64,000 nucleotides of DNA from Phoronis australis. Lineage: Eukaryota > Animalia > Phoronida. Each line of letters starts with the position of its first letter. Positions within the stretch are counted from its first letter, which is position 1. Position numbers and translations under genes: made by a program. This document shows positions 1-13,057 of the stretch, one piece after another. A model generated the notes under the pieces. The model was given only the letters and a program-made list of their open reading frames with translations, ran no database searches and was not told the origin of the DNA. Location of the stretch: the NCBI GenBank assembly GCA_002633005.1, contig NMRA01000071.1, positions 1,011,961-1,075,960 on the forward strand, in the 5' to 3' direction.

Positions 1-711
1 GTTTTGATGCAGGGCGTTGAAAGCGGAGGACAGTTTCAAGGTGAAAGATTCATTGGCAATTACAGGCAAAGGCAAAACCACTGGTCAGAGTCATTCCGTG
101 GACGTTATATAGCCGTCAGTGTCCCAATAACTTCACTTTTGATGTGGTATGGCTGGCTAATGTTATCATTTTGTTATCTGTGCGCATTTTGCGGTGCTTG
201 ACACAAGTGAAAAATGGGAGACTTTCGAGTAGCAATGGGGGCTGACAACATGGAACCAGCTACCAGTGAGAAGATACTTCACCTTCGCAGTGGGAGGCAC
301 TGAGGAACGTACTTGAATAAGTGTGTGTGACTAGTTGTGAGAAGTCTAATGAGTGAATACATATTACTTCCCAGTCCTCCAGAAGGCAAAGGTACATGTA
401 TCCTGTTCCAGGTGACCAGCTGTCACTTGACTATATAAATGCCTCATGTTGGAAGCATGATCCACTGCAGGGGTCATGTGAAAGAAGTGAGGATGATAAA
501 GGCTGCTTTCAGTATAAAGTCCATAAGTACACGACAAGTATTGTATTGTAGCTCACATTTTTCCTTGACTTCTCAGCAGACAAACAATGTACAGCATACA
601 AACTTCGAAACTCAGTACAAAATATAACTTCATGCACATTGGGTTCTAACTGCTAAGTCTTTGCGGTGCTTAAATAGCAAGACTAACAACTTTCTAATGC
701 AAAATCCCATC

Positions 712-1335
712 AGAGATATCTAAATGTGGTATTTGATCTAAGTGCTAATGGACTGGCTCAAATAGGAGACTCCTATGTTAGTTGTTCAAAATACAGGTGA
801 TCTCGCTTACATGTACCTCCTCATCCCATACGGTACACGTAACTCCCCAGTCTGTATATACAATGTTGGACCACTTTAAAGTAAAAAGTGACATTTAATG
901 AGACTAGAGTCTGGTTTAACACTCATTGCCTGGTTAATTTATACAAACTACCATGGAAAACACGAGATGTCTAAATGTGTTAACAGATCTAAATACCAGT
1001 GAATTGATTCAAACAGGACACTCCTGATGTTAACAATTTAGAATACAGGTGACCTCGGCACCTCCCTTAACTCATCATCACATACCGTACAAATAACCCT
1101 CATTCTTCAAAAACAATGTTGGAACAGATTAAAGTCAAAAGGATGTTTAATGTGACTGCAATCTGGTTTAATACTGGTCATCCAGTTTAGTGGTACAAAG
1201 TAGCATGGAAAAACGAGATATGTAAATGTGTTCTGTGATCTAAATCCCAGTGCATTGGCTCAAGTATGACATTCCCAATGTTAACCTTTCAAAATATAGG
1301 GCCCCTCCCTTAATTTTTCATCACATGTACTACGA
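712..1335. repeat. Degenerate tandem repeat, ~250-bp unit, ~2.5 copies
   Basis: GAGAT(A/G)T(C/G)TAAATGTG...GATCTAA...AATA(C/T)AGG recurs at ~712, ~962 and ~1213. Confidence 0.75.
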
Positions 1336-3555
1336 GAAACTAGCCAGTCTGCCTAAGTCACTAACTTTCCTTAAGCTTGTACATAAGTTAACTCTCAGAT
1401 AAGGCTTCGCTTTTTAGTTAAGTGAGATTGAGTGTAATATGAATTTGAAAGATGAAAACCGAAATACCAGCATCTTTAAATGAATTGGAAAGCAAAATTT
1501 CAACCAGAACACTGACTATACATCCTAAATTTTACTGACAAAATCACAACAAGTGTTGCTATATTGCAGTTTGCATTTACCTCAGTTTCTACAATATCAC
1601 ATCAATAACAACTGGTTAAATCACTCAGTTTGATAAGATTCCTTTGGACATCAAATGAATATCATATCTAGACAACAAATGTCAACATAGTGGTACTCAT
1701 TAAACATAACATCACGCTATGATTTCCAGAATTACATAATTCACTGACAGCTGAAGTGAAATGAAATTCCGGCATGCAGGTTTTCAGTTAAAATTGGAAC
1801 TTATAATGCTATAACTACAGCATTCATCAATATATGTATAGAAAAATATACTTCCTGTAGTGAACTAAAAAGAAGACGCATGGCAACAATATCGGTTGTT
1901 GAAAAGTGAAAGTCGATGAGATATTGCATTTTACGCTTGCAAAATTACAGGCCACTAGATGCACATAATCTCAGACTAAACTTGCAACTAACACAAGACG
2001 CTACTAGTAAGTGGACTGAATAGCTCTAGGCTAGCCTAGACTCCAACAACGGCGACTGGGCAGGTATATCATTAGCCCGTAGGAACACAAGACTGTTCAT
2101 CAGTTGTTTACAATGATGCAGGCGAAGGACTACTAAATTTCACCAGTGGGTACAATAAAAAGCTCTGTCTATACTACATGTTCAAAAACAAGTAGTGTTG
2201 TTACATTTTTGTGATACATGCATGGTCACTTAGTTTGTGAATTTCCTGAAAGAAGAACCAGTAACTTGCACTGCAGGGTACTGTATTAGAATAACTGTTG
2301 ATTCTAGTGGTGCTAACTGGTTCTCACAAAAGTGACTATTACTGCCAGAATGCTATCGTGATAACCTCAAATTCAAACAAAGTAGTAGTAGTACTCACCA
2401 GATTCAACAGGAAAGAACACATATGCATTGACATGGTTGAGTTCCTGTGGAAGAAAGTTGACTTTAGACATTTCAACCAGCATCCCCACTTCAGGCTTGG
2501 CACGAGAGCTACCGCTAATGACATGGGTATTTGCAGAGTCTATTTGGTTTCCACAGAATTCAAAGATGAGCCCGGTGTCTTGCTCTTGCCTCGGACGCAG
2601 TCACACAGGCGTGACACGGGTCCGGTGAACACGCATTTGTAAATTGTCTGACTCTCGCCAAAACCAGTTGCCGCACATTCTGTAGGTGAGGTGGTTTGGT
2701 ACTTACTTTATGCCGCATCAAGATTTCACACATGTGCAGAGGACATTCTTTTGAGGTTCCATACACTTCATCACACTCCATCATACTAGCAGTTAACACA
2801 GCAAGTCCGGATTAGTCATTTTGCCACCATTAAAGTGACACCTCTTGTTGGAATCTGGGTTCGCGAAAAAGGCGGAATTTTAATTAAAAAGGAAAAATAC
2901 CTTAAACAATTGCGCCTGACTTAACTAAACTGAACTAAATATTAATAAATCAACTTTTGAATCAAAACTATGCACTTTACTGGTGTGTTAATGTTCCAAA
3001 CAGGTATCGGTATTGAGGGTAATTTCTACTCAGGTGGTTGTCGCAATCTTGCAATTCCTATAGAAAAATGCTCAGCGACAGAAGATTAGCAATAAGATAG
3101 AGACGTCTTGTGTAAAAGTCTGGTGTTGATCAGTGTTGTGCCAGCTGAGATATACGTGCTCAAACTGTGGCGAAATTGCAATGCCTGAAATTTTCAACTT
3201 AGCGGCATAGTTAATGAGTATTGTTTAACATCTTTGTGAAGCCGAAGACTTGCTATATTTAAAAATTACAAACACATAATGATCTACGTAGTTCGCCGAT
3301 ATTTTTTATTGCGCAGTGCAAATAAGACATTTTCGGCGAGTTCATTGCATGGCATACCGCCAAAATAGAGGCTCCCTGATTTCTCCCCCTTAAACAAGGT
3401 AAAATGAGATTGGAGTTTACTGCTTTGTTTATCATCCCCAAGGTAACTAAAATGTATAGTATGGTTGAAGTCGGTGACATTGGGTTTATCACCCCTCTGG
3501 CATTTTTGGCTGCTGTGAGCCGTACTTCACTCTTAACCTCTACCGTGAATAACAG

Positions 3556-3557
<2 letters not shown>

Positions 3558-3593
<36 letters not shown>
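3558..3593. repeat. (TA)n microsatellite
   Basis: Directly visible run of TA dinucleotides. Confidence 0.95.
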
Positions 3594-3596
<3 letters not shown>

Positions 3597-4546
3597 GGTA
3601 GACCAATGTTCACGCGACAAGAGGCCTGCTATACTGGTACGGTGGAAGGACGCCCGAACGCGGTTGGATGATTGGGATTTCTTCATTTTAATATGCTCAC
3701 CCTAAGGCATTTTTCAGTCACGATTGGGTGGGGCCTCAGTCTTTTCGACCCTGTTCAAACGCAGGCAAGCCTAGGTTCCCCAAAATAGTGATACTTGTCA
3801 ATCATTTTCACAGCTCTGTATCTTCTGCAAGGCATCTTCAAATGCAAGTATGGAATGCAGATTGAGATATCGATACATGATATCGGTCATTCTAGCTCCA
3901 GTTCCCCCAGTTGAGCATTAAACTTGCACGGGAGGTTCCCTCCATTTATTGTTCAGTGGCCTTCCAGAAAACAGAATAGAGATAATGTTGAGATAAAGCA
4001 TTCCGCATTGTCAAGTGGTCTGGTTATCAAATCCCCTGTCCCAACATGCATGTATACGACAATTCATTCAATGAAGTTCACTCAGAATGGATATAGTCTT
4101 GACTGGTTTAGGCAGTTACCAAACACAGGGGGTGTTGATTCGTGCTCGTAATATTATGATAATTATGCTAATATGTTATATATGGAAAGGTTTTTTCATT
4201 GCTCTCCGAATACATGACGTTAAATGGCTAAAGGAATTACTAAAGAACTTAAGGTCTGGTGAGTCAGATCTTTCAGCCTCCTTGTAAACACGTACTCTTC
4301 CACAAGACCGACGTAACCGCAATCAGGTCACCGACAGGGACGAGCTCAGATAACCTTTCCCTACATCAAGAATCATTCTGAACAACAGTCACGCACTTTC
4401 AATTCACAGTAGGTTTAAACAATTTTCAAACCAATCAACCACATCCGGGGAAAGATATTTCACCTAAAGGACCATATTATGCCCCTGTTTGAAGAAGCAT
4501 CAAGGTTTATAGCTCCCAGCCGTTTACAACCTCATTCTAAATTCTG

Positions 4547-6282
4547 GGCCCATTCCCCGATGTCAGATACATACTCATACTCGAGATTTCATAATCAAAA
4601 TGGTGCTTACTGGAGTCGCACACAGAAAAAGTATCTCATGTCGCATTTCCAGTAGACTCCAAACATACTCTATTCTGAGAATCGTACCGAGTTGCTATGG
4701 AACTCTTTATGATGTGAAATGCAAAAACACGTACAGTTGCGCTGATTCAGTGCACCCTATTCGCATAAACTACCCTAGCAATTACATTATCGTCTGCTGT
4801 CGTTAAAAGACTATAGAGTGCACAGTTGAGTGTTTCGCAACTGTTATTCACTCTTTTCAGTTACAAAAATATGTACGTCTTGATACCTTTGCCAACTGAT
4901 AAGTTTTACTTCTAGCGTTCCTTATCTTCGAAAACTTTTAAGAAATTTGTAACAGCTCGTCACATCAAAAACACGGCCAGAGGAACACCGAGCAGCTACA
5001 ATCTTAGGTGTTGATTTAGACAGGAGCCGGGGGCAAACGGGGTTCATGGTCCCTTAAATCTGGCACATTTACTCCTACAATTGGCATGGCCAAACCAAGT
5101 AGGGACGGTGTAAAGAAATTTTCTTTCTCAGTGATACATTTGCGGCAGGTGACCCCGGCCTCGGGTCTCGGAGGTCGGGCACCATATCACACGCCCGCAA
5201 ACAACATTTGTATGGAAGAGCTCGCATTGCACATTTTCTTTGAGGATAGGTCCAATATTTGATTTGAAAAGTTTGGACCTTAATTGCCGGCGGCAGTGTT
5301 TCTGCCTAGTTAGTTGGTTGCCCGCGTCAGCCAATACGCCAGTTGACATTTTTGAGTACCATTTCGTTGGTTCCTTGTCAACCCCTGTACTTGCTCTTTC
5401 GCTTCCTAGTTAGTCTGTATGTAGAGCCCACTGCTGTGTAAAAAAACGCTTATGTCAAAACTTTGATATTGTATCTTTGCGTTTTACGGGAATGCATCAA
5501 GTTAGTTGGCACTTGGCACTTAAGGTAAAAAAACACTACGTGTACATGTACAGGAATTCGGAGTTCCTTAGTGAACGGGACAGGACGTCTCCTTAGAAAT
5601 GGGCATTCAAAATCTGGAATACCATTCGGGGACTGAGAAATTACCGATGACTAAACTAATATGTGAATCGTACCTGACATGGGAGCAGACTTTTCTATTC
5701 TGGGCTTTAGGAAACCCTACAAACCCTTGGCACACCTTCTGATATCAGGTTGCCCAAACTTCCCACACGGTATTCCCCACAGCTGCTTTTGACTCTCGTA
5801 ATGACTCACCGACAAGGGATTTGAATGCACGTGTTGCTAGAATCGTAGAGTAAGAAGGAATTCAAAAATTGCCTGCAATGAAATGCGGTGATATCGCGGG
5901 TTAACAAGATGAAGAACATCTAAAAAGAAAACCATTGTTTCTGGACTGAAATTGGAGTGCTGAAATATGGTATGATTTGCAGTGTCTCTCAGTGATCTTT
6001 CGATATTATTCATTTTAAAGTACGATATCAAGCTCACTGCCAAATGAAGTTTGAAATTGAGAGCATACACTCGGATTCTTACTCATAATCTTACTCGAAC
6101 TATAGATGATATACACTTCACTTTCGGTATATTCGAAAAGTGAGTACTTGCTTGGAATTTTGAGTACATATTTTTCGAGTATGACATTGAATACATCAAA
6201 GATGAGACTGTACTCGGGGATTATTATGAAGTGTGTATTTGAGTCTGAGTCGAATCTCAGTGTGGAGATTGGAGAACGGGCC
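4547..6282. mobile_element. Non-autonomous PIF/Harbinger-like DNA transposon (~1.74 kb), copy 1
   Basis: Termini GGCCCATTCCCCGAT... and ...GATTGGAGAACGGGCC are imperfect inverted repeats, flanked by a CTG/CTG 3-bp TSD (4544-4546, 6283-6285). A diverged inverted second copy lies at ~32624-39113. Confidence 0.7.
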
Positions 6283-6721
6283 CTGGTCAACCTGACGCTG
6301 CAAATCCAGTGAGTGAACAAGGACAATCCAGTGAGCAAGGCTTGCATAAATAGGAAGAAAAAGTCAGACTAATCAGATTTTTGTGCTTTTTAGCAAGTGA
6401 TTTAGATATTTAACAAGTTGTACAAAGCCAGCAGTGCCATACGCCTTCAATAGATGGCATTATTAAAGTGTATCCAGCGGTTACCGTAGTCTTAGGTTAT
6501 CTGCAGCAATGTATTCTGCGTAAATTGGCATCCCTGCATCGAGCAAGCTTATTGCATGCGTCGATATTACAGAATAATTGTTATATATTTATAACGACAG
6601 TGGCTGCATTTGATTGACTGCAACAGATCCACGGGGTCAACGGATAAAGATGCCAGCGGTTGACCCCGGGGGAACTGTTGAATATAATCAAGTGTAACGC
6701 ATGGCACTTTCTTCTTGACAG

Positions 6722-6926
6722 TGTGTCAGCAACACAAAGGGAGTGCCGTTTCTTTCGCAGCAGTTCCACAAACACCATCCCATCATGAGCGAAGCAGTGC
6801 CACCTTACGCTGGCCGACCTATTCTAGTAGACGCGAGTCAAATACGGTCCTTTACACGCATTGTCGTCGACTTCCAAGTTGAAGCAGCCGACAAAAAATT
6901 CTACGATATACTTTTCATTGGGATGA
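6722..6926 (+). CDS. Semaphorin exon (C-terminal part of Sema domain)
   Basis: Acceptor cttcttgacag| and donor |gtaagt. Encodes CVSNTKGVPFLSQQFHKHHPIMSEAVPPYAGRPIL...FTRIVVD...YDILFIGM, matching Sema-domain motifs HPLM.EAV and YDVLFIGT. Splices in frame to the exon at 9667. Confidence 0.9.
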
Positions 6927-9666
6927 GTAAGTGCATTTCTGAAAAACTCCAAAATATTGTACCAATGGGCATTACATTTGCACTGTTTATTTCGAGTTGT
7001 CTACTCGACTGACCTTTCATCGCGTGTTAAACTTACCAATTAATGTCAAATTCCATCATGTTTTGTAATTCATAATGAAATCAGCAAGCGGTAACTCAAA
7101 TCAACCGCAGTGTCGCGGCAAAATCAGCTACACAGGTGACTCTTAACGCACTGACCCTTGGCCCTTGCTGGATGCCGAAATTAATCTAACTTCTGATATT
7201 TGCTCAGGTCCACTATACATGTAAAGAAGTGTTAAATCTGTACAGTAGTAGCAGTTTGTACTGGCATGGGTTATGTAGCCCTAGGACCTACGCTAGGACG
7301 TCGCTAAAATCTAGCCAAAGTCACCTGATGTGATTTAAAATGTACGGCAATATCCCACGTCATCTCGCGAAGTATCATTACGGCGTTTTCCCGTTGCTCC
7401 CAACGTGTTTGATTCTGTGGCTCAACAACGAGTTGGGAAGTTCACCCCTGTAGCCAATATCTTACACGACTGATTAACTCCATTCTGGCATTTTTGGTTT
7501 TAAGGACAGCTCTCTTTTGCTCGATAATTGCTATAATCTCCAATAAGATCATATCTGCCCTGAGAGGGTTTTGCTGTTAAAAATAAAAAATAAGTTATAA
7601 CATACTTGAACATAAACCTATAGCATTTCTGAAATCTTCGTCAAATAGTGGTCATGTTTAGCTTTTGAGTCGCCAAAATCGCCCAACTGCAACCGAAGTT
7701 ACGACCATCTATTCTTTCCGAATGTAGCAATTAGCTCTGGATTTGACTGTGTTAACATGTGGTCTGTAATAAGCCTGGTAGATAATTGGACTGCTTGTTG
7801 TCGTAACAGACAAAAGAGTGTGCTCGGCAGTTAACAAAGAAGCTAGATGTTATCAAACGCTCAGAACCCCTTACGTCTGGTAAAGTCACTGAACTGGAGA
7901 ACGCTGTCATGCGCTTTTTAACGAAGTGCTAGCGTTTCTGAACGGGATGCTGTTTTGGATTGTCGTGCTACCGGGGTACTCACTCACCACTCCCTATATT
8001 ACTTCCCAATATTCTGTATAAGAGTTATCGGCGGCTTTATTATGTCTGGCTGCTTGTACCTACACTGCATCATGCAAGTGGCATAGGTTCCCTATTGTTA
8101 CTAAGAAGAGTTCCTACCTTGACCTTGTAAGTTAAAAACTTTTATTAATGCATCTAAAGAGATTTAATAGCCTTTAGTACACGTAACATTTTTCTGTTAT
8201 CGGAGCTGTACGTAATTGGTGGGAGACCTTCACTACCGCTGATGTTTGATACCAGTGCGATACTGAGAACTTGTGAAAAAAATCCACGGATAGGCGCCTT
8301 TTTCAGACATGAAAAGGTTCGTCTGTACAGGTAGTAACAGCAACTTGACTGAGAACGTCTCTGTGTTCAAATTTCCTAAATACGAAAAAGTTGCACAGCA
8401 ACGGCATTTGTTTGTGCACCACATGAGAGTGTGGAATGTCAATGTGGAACATGCGATTAAGTCCTGAGCCACATTGTGTTAAAAAATACAAGGAATCGCG
8501 TTCCGACCAAACACAAATGGGGCGTTACTATGAAAAACTCGCCACCTTGCAGACTTCATGAATAACGAACAATCTACTTGCATTCAAGGACGAGTGATGC
8601 CAGGACCTCGACCCTGGCCCAAATCGAGTACTACGACAAGTACATGCAGGCTTATTCAATGTGTTAATTCCATCATGGCAATAGTGAATACGAGTGACAC
8701 AGGTTTACTGTGGCCTTTGCCACTGATTATTAGATTCTATTTTGTGAATATCGACCAGCCTTTGGTTCAGTTGGTTATGGCTCACCTATGTCTGTAGGAT
8801 TTCTCGTGCAAGTGGGTCGTGTATATTTGGCCTCATGGTCGACGAAAGCTCGCAAAGTGGGAAATCTAACTGTCTGATTCTTCCAGTACTTGGGTGCGAT
8901 GCCTGTATACACTCTCCTCTCTCTGTCTGCGTAATCATTGTCCAGTTCGCGCTCAAAATAATTCTCGTCTTCTGATCTGCTGTGTTCTGCCCCAGCAATC
9001 GTCAAGTGGCCAAACGTCTTCCACCCATTACATCATTTGGCGAGAAACTTGGAAATTAGTAATTTTTCTTCAAATTTAAAACATGCGGCTGTTAGGCATA
9101 ACAAGTGCTTATTTGGTTAGACTTTATGGTATTCATTTCATATCAGATAACTGAAAACTCAAAAACTAAGAAAATGCATTTTGGGAACACTTTCAATTGA
9201 ACTGTTGGTATTGTCTAGTTTATATGGTTTCACATGTGTTATACACTTTACTTTTACAGTCACATCAATTACAAATTCTTGTTCCCATTTTTGTGACATG
9301 CCGCATGACAAATCATGTGACGATCACAAGTCAAACTTAAGATTTCTTTGAATAAAGTTAAATCACGACAAGAGAAGTTCATTTTATGTATCTTTGTCCT
9401 CATAATACTGTTTATTGTGTGTACATGTATACCCTGTCCTAATAATACATTGTATTGCAAAAGATTTTTTTAACAAGGGGGTGATTTTGACAACATTCGC
9501 CGTCTTACCGGCTCTGATATCACCTGATGTATACACTACTGGAAACGGCCCATATTACTTGGAAAAAGCCACCAGCGTCATGGACTAAACCTTTGAATTC
9601 CACCATTAACATGCATGGTCAGTTTTGCTTAATCTAGTTTCATGCATCATTTTTGTTATGTTTCAG

Positions 9667-10023
9667 GTGACGGTACAGTTCGCAAAGCATACAATAGAGG
9701 CCGCGGAAATTGGATTGATACTGTCATTGTGGAGGATATCCCAGTATTCTCTGACGGACTTCTGGTACAGGACATGGAGATCTACAAAAAGAACGGCCAC
9801 GTGAGCATCATTGTCGTGTCGGAGAATCAAATCAAGAAGTTCTCTGCATATGACTGCAGTGCGCACTCATCGTGCACTACGTGTGTGGGCTCCAAAGACG
9901 TCTACTGCTCCTGGAATCAAGTCCAAAAACAGTGCGAGAGATCCACCACAGGTATCCAGAGTCTTGTGACGGGACGTCATCAGCAGTGCAGATCTGAAAG
10001 CACCGCCACAAAGGGCGACACAG
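9667..10023 (+). CDS. Semaphorin exon (end of Sema domain plus PSI domain)
   Basis: Acceptor tttcag| and donor |gttagc. Continues FIGM-SDGTVRKA and contains the PSI signature CSAHSSCTTCVGSKDVYCSWNQVQKQC followed by IQSLVTGRHQQC. Confidence 0.9.
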
Positions 10024-11065
10024 GTTAGCTACAATTTGAAGAAAATGTCCATTATCCAGCTTAATTGTCTGATACCTTTATTGCATACAGTATGTATCGC
10101 TGGAGCAAATGCTTGGCCTTTTAGATCACGGATAGGAGATTATGTAATCGAATTTGTAAAGACTTACGACATTTTAAATGCTAAAATGTCATTCGTACAA
10201 AACTTTGGTCTGCATTAAGATTTTGTGATTAAACAGATATAGAAATAGCGCCTTAGTGAACTTGTCTTTTATTTAGACTTCTCAGTCGAATATCTAAATG
10301 AGACTGGCGGTCTATTATAAGTCGGCGATTCTGAAATGAAATTAATATTTTTTCAAATTCCGTGAAATGTAAGTTAATATGTTATAATGACATCTCTTTG
10401 TGGGGGACCGTAGCATTGCAACCCGGGTAATATGTGTCCCGGGTTTTGTGTGCTCATTTTATGCAATTGGCGTTCTGTGTCTCCTGGGTTGTATGTATCT
10501 CGAGTTCTATTTGTTACGGTTTTTCAGGTTACGGTCCAGTCACTAACCAAACGCGTTTTAGCTACAAACGCTATTTTAGGTCCACACGATTCTGATATCA
10601 GGCAAACATTTGACTCCATTAACCCACATTTACATGCATGATAAGGTCATGGCATCAATAACATACAGGCATATCTTTTGGGACCACTTGACAGGAAGTC
10701 TTTAGACACTCAGGTCATTCAAAGTTAGGATACGTGACAGGTTTCCCAAAACGCTATCCTATCTTAACCAAAAATGTACATAACATTCGAACTACAGGCT
10801 TAAGGGCATGTTTCGTAAGAAATTGCCATCATTGGTCCAAAAGAACCTTTTGGAGTTCCCTGTTCAATTCTGATACAAAGCAAAATAATTCACATGTTTT
10901 TTCAAGTAAAACTGTAATTTGCCACTAGTGTGATCCAGGTAATATCACGTGGTAAAGGAAAATGATGGAATGATGAAATTGTTTCTGTGCACTCTTGTAT
11001 CAGATTTCGACGAAGAAAAACAGTGCACTATAGAAATAAGCAAGATGTTTGATGTTTGCAATGAA

Positions 11066-11310
11066 TTAATAATCCGACTACGATGTGTGTAATGTGAAGT
11101 GCAACATACAGGACAAAAAGTAATTATCCAACTACGATGTGTGTACTGTAGGGTGCAACATACATGACAAAAAGTGATGATCCGACTACGATGTCTGTAC
11201 TGTAGAGTGCAACATACGGGACAAAAGGTAATGATCCGACTACGATGCGTGTCCTGTAGAATGCAACACACGGGACAAAAAGTAATGATCCGGTTACGAT
11301 GTGTGTGTAA
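11066..11310. repeat. Minisatellite, 54-bp unit, ~4.5 copies (intronic)
   Basis: ATCC(G/A)ACTACGATG-type unit starts at 11072, 11126, 11180, 11234 and 11288, an exact 54-bp period. Confidence 0.95.
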
Positions 11311-11642
11311 TGATAAGCCGTAGTGAAAGTCTAAACTGTATTAAGTATATCAAGGCAAATCAACTCTCAAACATGAGGGTGTCCCAGTACATTAATACTA
11401 TTAAGTAAAGTGTACCGCAGCAATAGATACATTGCTAGTCTACTATGTTACATCTTCCTCCTAAGGAAAGGTTTACGCGAGTTACTTTAAAATTAAGATT
11501 CCTCGTTACGAAATGAACTTATGTCTAACTAGTAACTGATAACTATACTAAGTCATATGGATGAGAAAACACTGTAGGCATTTAAGTCCTTATCTGTCCA
11601 GTAACATAGTCCTGTAGCTTCAGAGGAGATCTAGTTTCACAG

Positions 11643-11896
11643 GACGAGCCTCTCGGACCATGTTCCCCTATGGTAGTAGGGGATGCACAGGGTTGTCGTC
11701 GCCCCGCGGTTTCAGCATGGATCGGTTCTGGCGAAGTTGGGATCCACTAGGAGTCTCGATCAGATATGATCTGGGATCAGTGCTTGCACTTGTAACGGTG
11801 GCGGGAGCCCAGTTGCTGTTGTTTGGCTGTTATGTTGCGACAAGTAGATTCTTCTGCAAAAGGTCCAAATCTTGCGTTAATGCCATGGAATCATAA
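11643..11896 (+). CDS. Probable terminal transmembrane exon of the semaphorin
   Basis: Acceptor tagtttcacag| joins in frame (phase 1) to the PSI exon. Encodes ...YDLGSVLALVTVAGAQLLLFGCYVATSRFFCKRSK..., a hydrophobic segment plus basic stop-transfer residues like class-1 semaphorin TM regions. Confidence 0.55.
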
Positions 11897-12051
11897 TACG
11901 CCATCTGACGCTATTGTCACTCTTGGAAACGGTCCATGTGTTGCAATTCACTTCGCCCTTGCTGCAGACGGTAGTAGCGTTCGATAATATCATGAGTTCG
12001 GTAAGACGGCAGGAGACGGAATTGTATGGTCGAATGGTGTTGTTTGATACA

Positions 12052-13057
12052 ACAAATCAGGATGGGCATAAATAAGGAAATTTACTGTATCAACAGATTG
12101 GCCAAACAAGAATAAGATACAAAGAGTTGCACGCGTGCACGATACTTGGTCTATTATTTTCCCGCCGTAAATGCATGAACCAATCAGATCGCCAATGACG
12201 CAAAGTTTTCGAAAACAGCTCGATTTTTAGGGAGTCCTGTTTTACTGTTCTATTTATTTTCAGAACTTTATTGTGTTACATTTAGTTTATTTTCTGTTCA
12301 ACTCAATGAAGCCACCTAATATGAATGCATTCAACACAATTAATGCATTGTAAAAACCAAAAGTAATGCTCTATCAACGTTAGACAAAATCAGTACACCC
12401 CTTTCTTAAAAAAATGTGTTAAAAGTTAGAAACAAAGGACACAAGTTTCCATAACTTGTAACGTCGATTTTCGACATTGATGTTGCGGAGGACCAACAGT
12501 CTAGCGACAGCAACACGTAATCACACGAAGGCGATGAATTTCAAAATTTGATTCGTTTTCGTAGTACGTCTTTTTTCCCTATGGTTCAGGGCTACTTCTG
12601 AATCCAGGAACAAGAACTGAAAAAGGCAAGGGTGTTACAACTGTCATCGATATTGTCATCTCCTCTGTTTTCATCCAACCTTCCCAGATGAAAACTTGAA
12701 TGAAGAGGACCTTCAGTACTTGAGTGAGAATGGTATAGTGTGTGATTTATGTTGAATTATTCAACGGTTCTTTTAAGAACCATTTCACGCTATAGCTACA
12801 ACCAACCGCCCTCTTAAGGGCAACTCAACCCTTCCCAGAAGAACTGCTCACTTGAGAATGTTGATTTATAAACATGCTTTTGTAGTTTTCTCAGTAGGTC
12901 TATGTGAACCATCAATCAAAACTGTCCGATAACTATGCTGCTATTGGGCAAGCAGACGACATAATCAGTCGGCACCGAAGTTTGAATTTTGTAATTAAGT
13001 ACCAGTAGCATTGTCAAAAGTACTCACGGTACCAACACTTCTACTATTGAAAGACTT
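12052..13057 (+). repeat. Dispersed ~1-kb repeat (unclassified, probably a non-autonomous TE), copy 1
   Basis: Highly similar to the reverse complement of 39358-40408 over its whole length. Confidence 0.85.

Noticed and set aside
4-201. ORF at window start as a possible upstream semaphorin exon
   Set aside because: Only vague resemblance (FIGNYRQ..W). It lacks the expected VPxPRPG motif and a convincing donor.
2440-2800. Cys-rich PHD-like fragments on the - strand (MMECDE..., CGNWF)
   Set aside because: Too degenerate and frameshifted to support a call.
10945-11271. Cys-rich repetitive 108-aa ORF (TFCPVCCTLQYTHRSRII repeats)
   Set aside because: By-product of a 54-bp (multiple of 3) intronic minisatellite.
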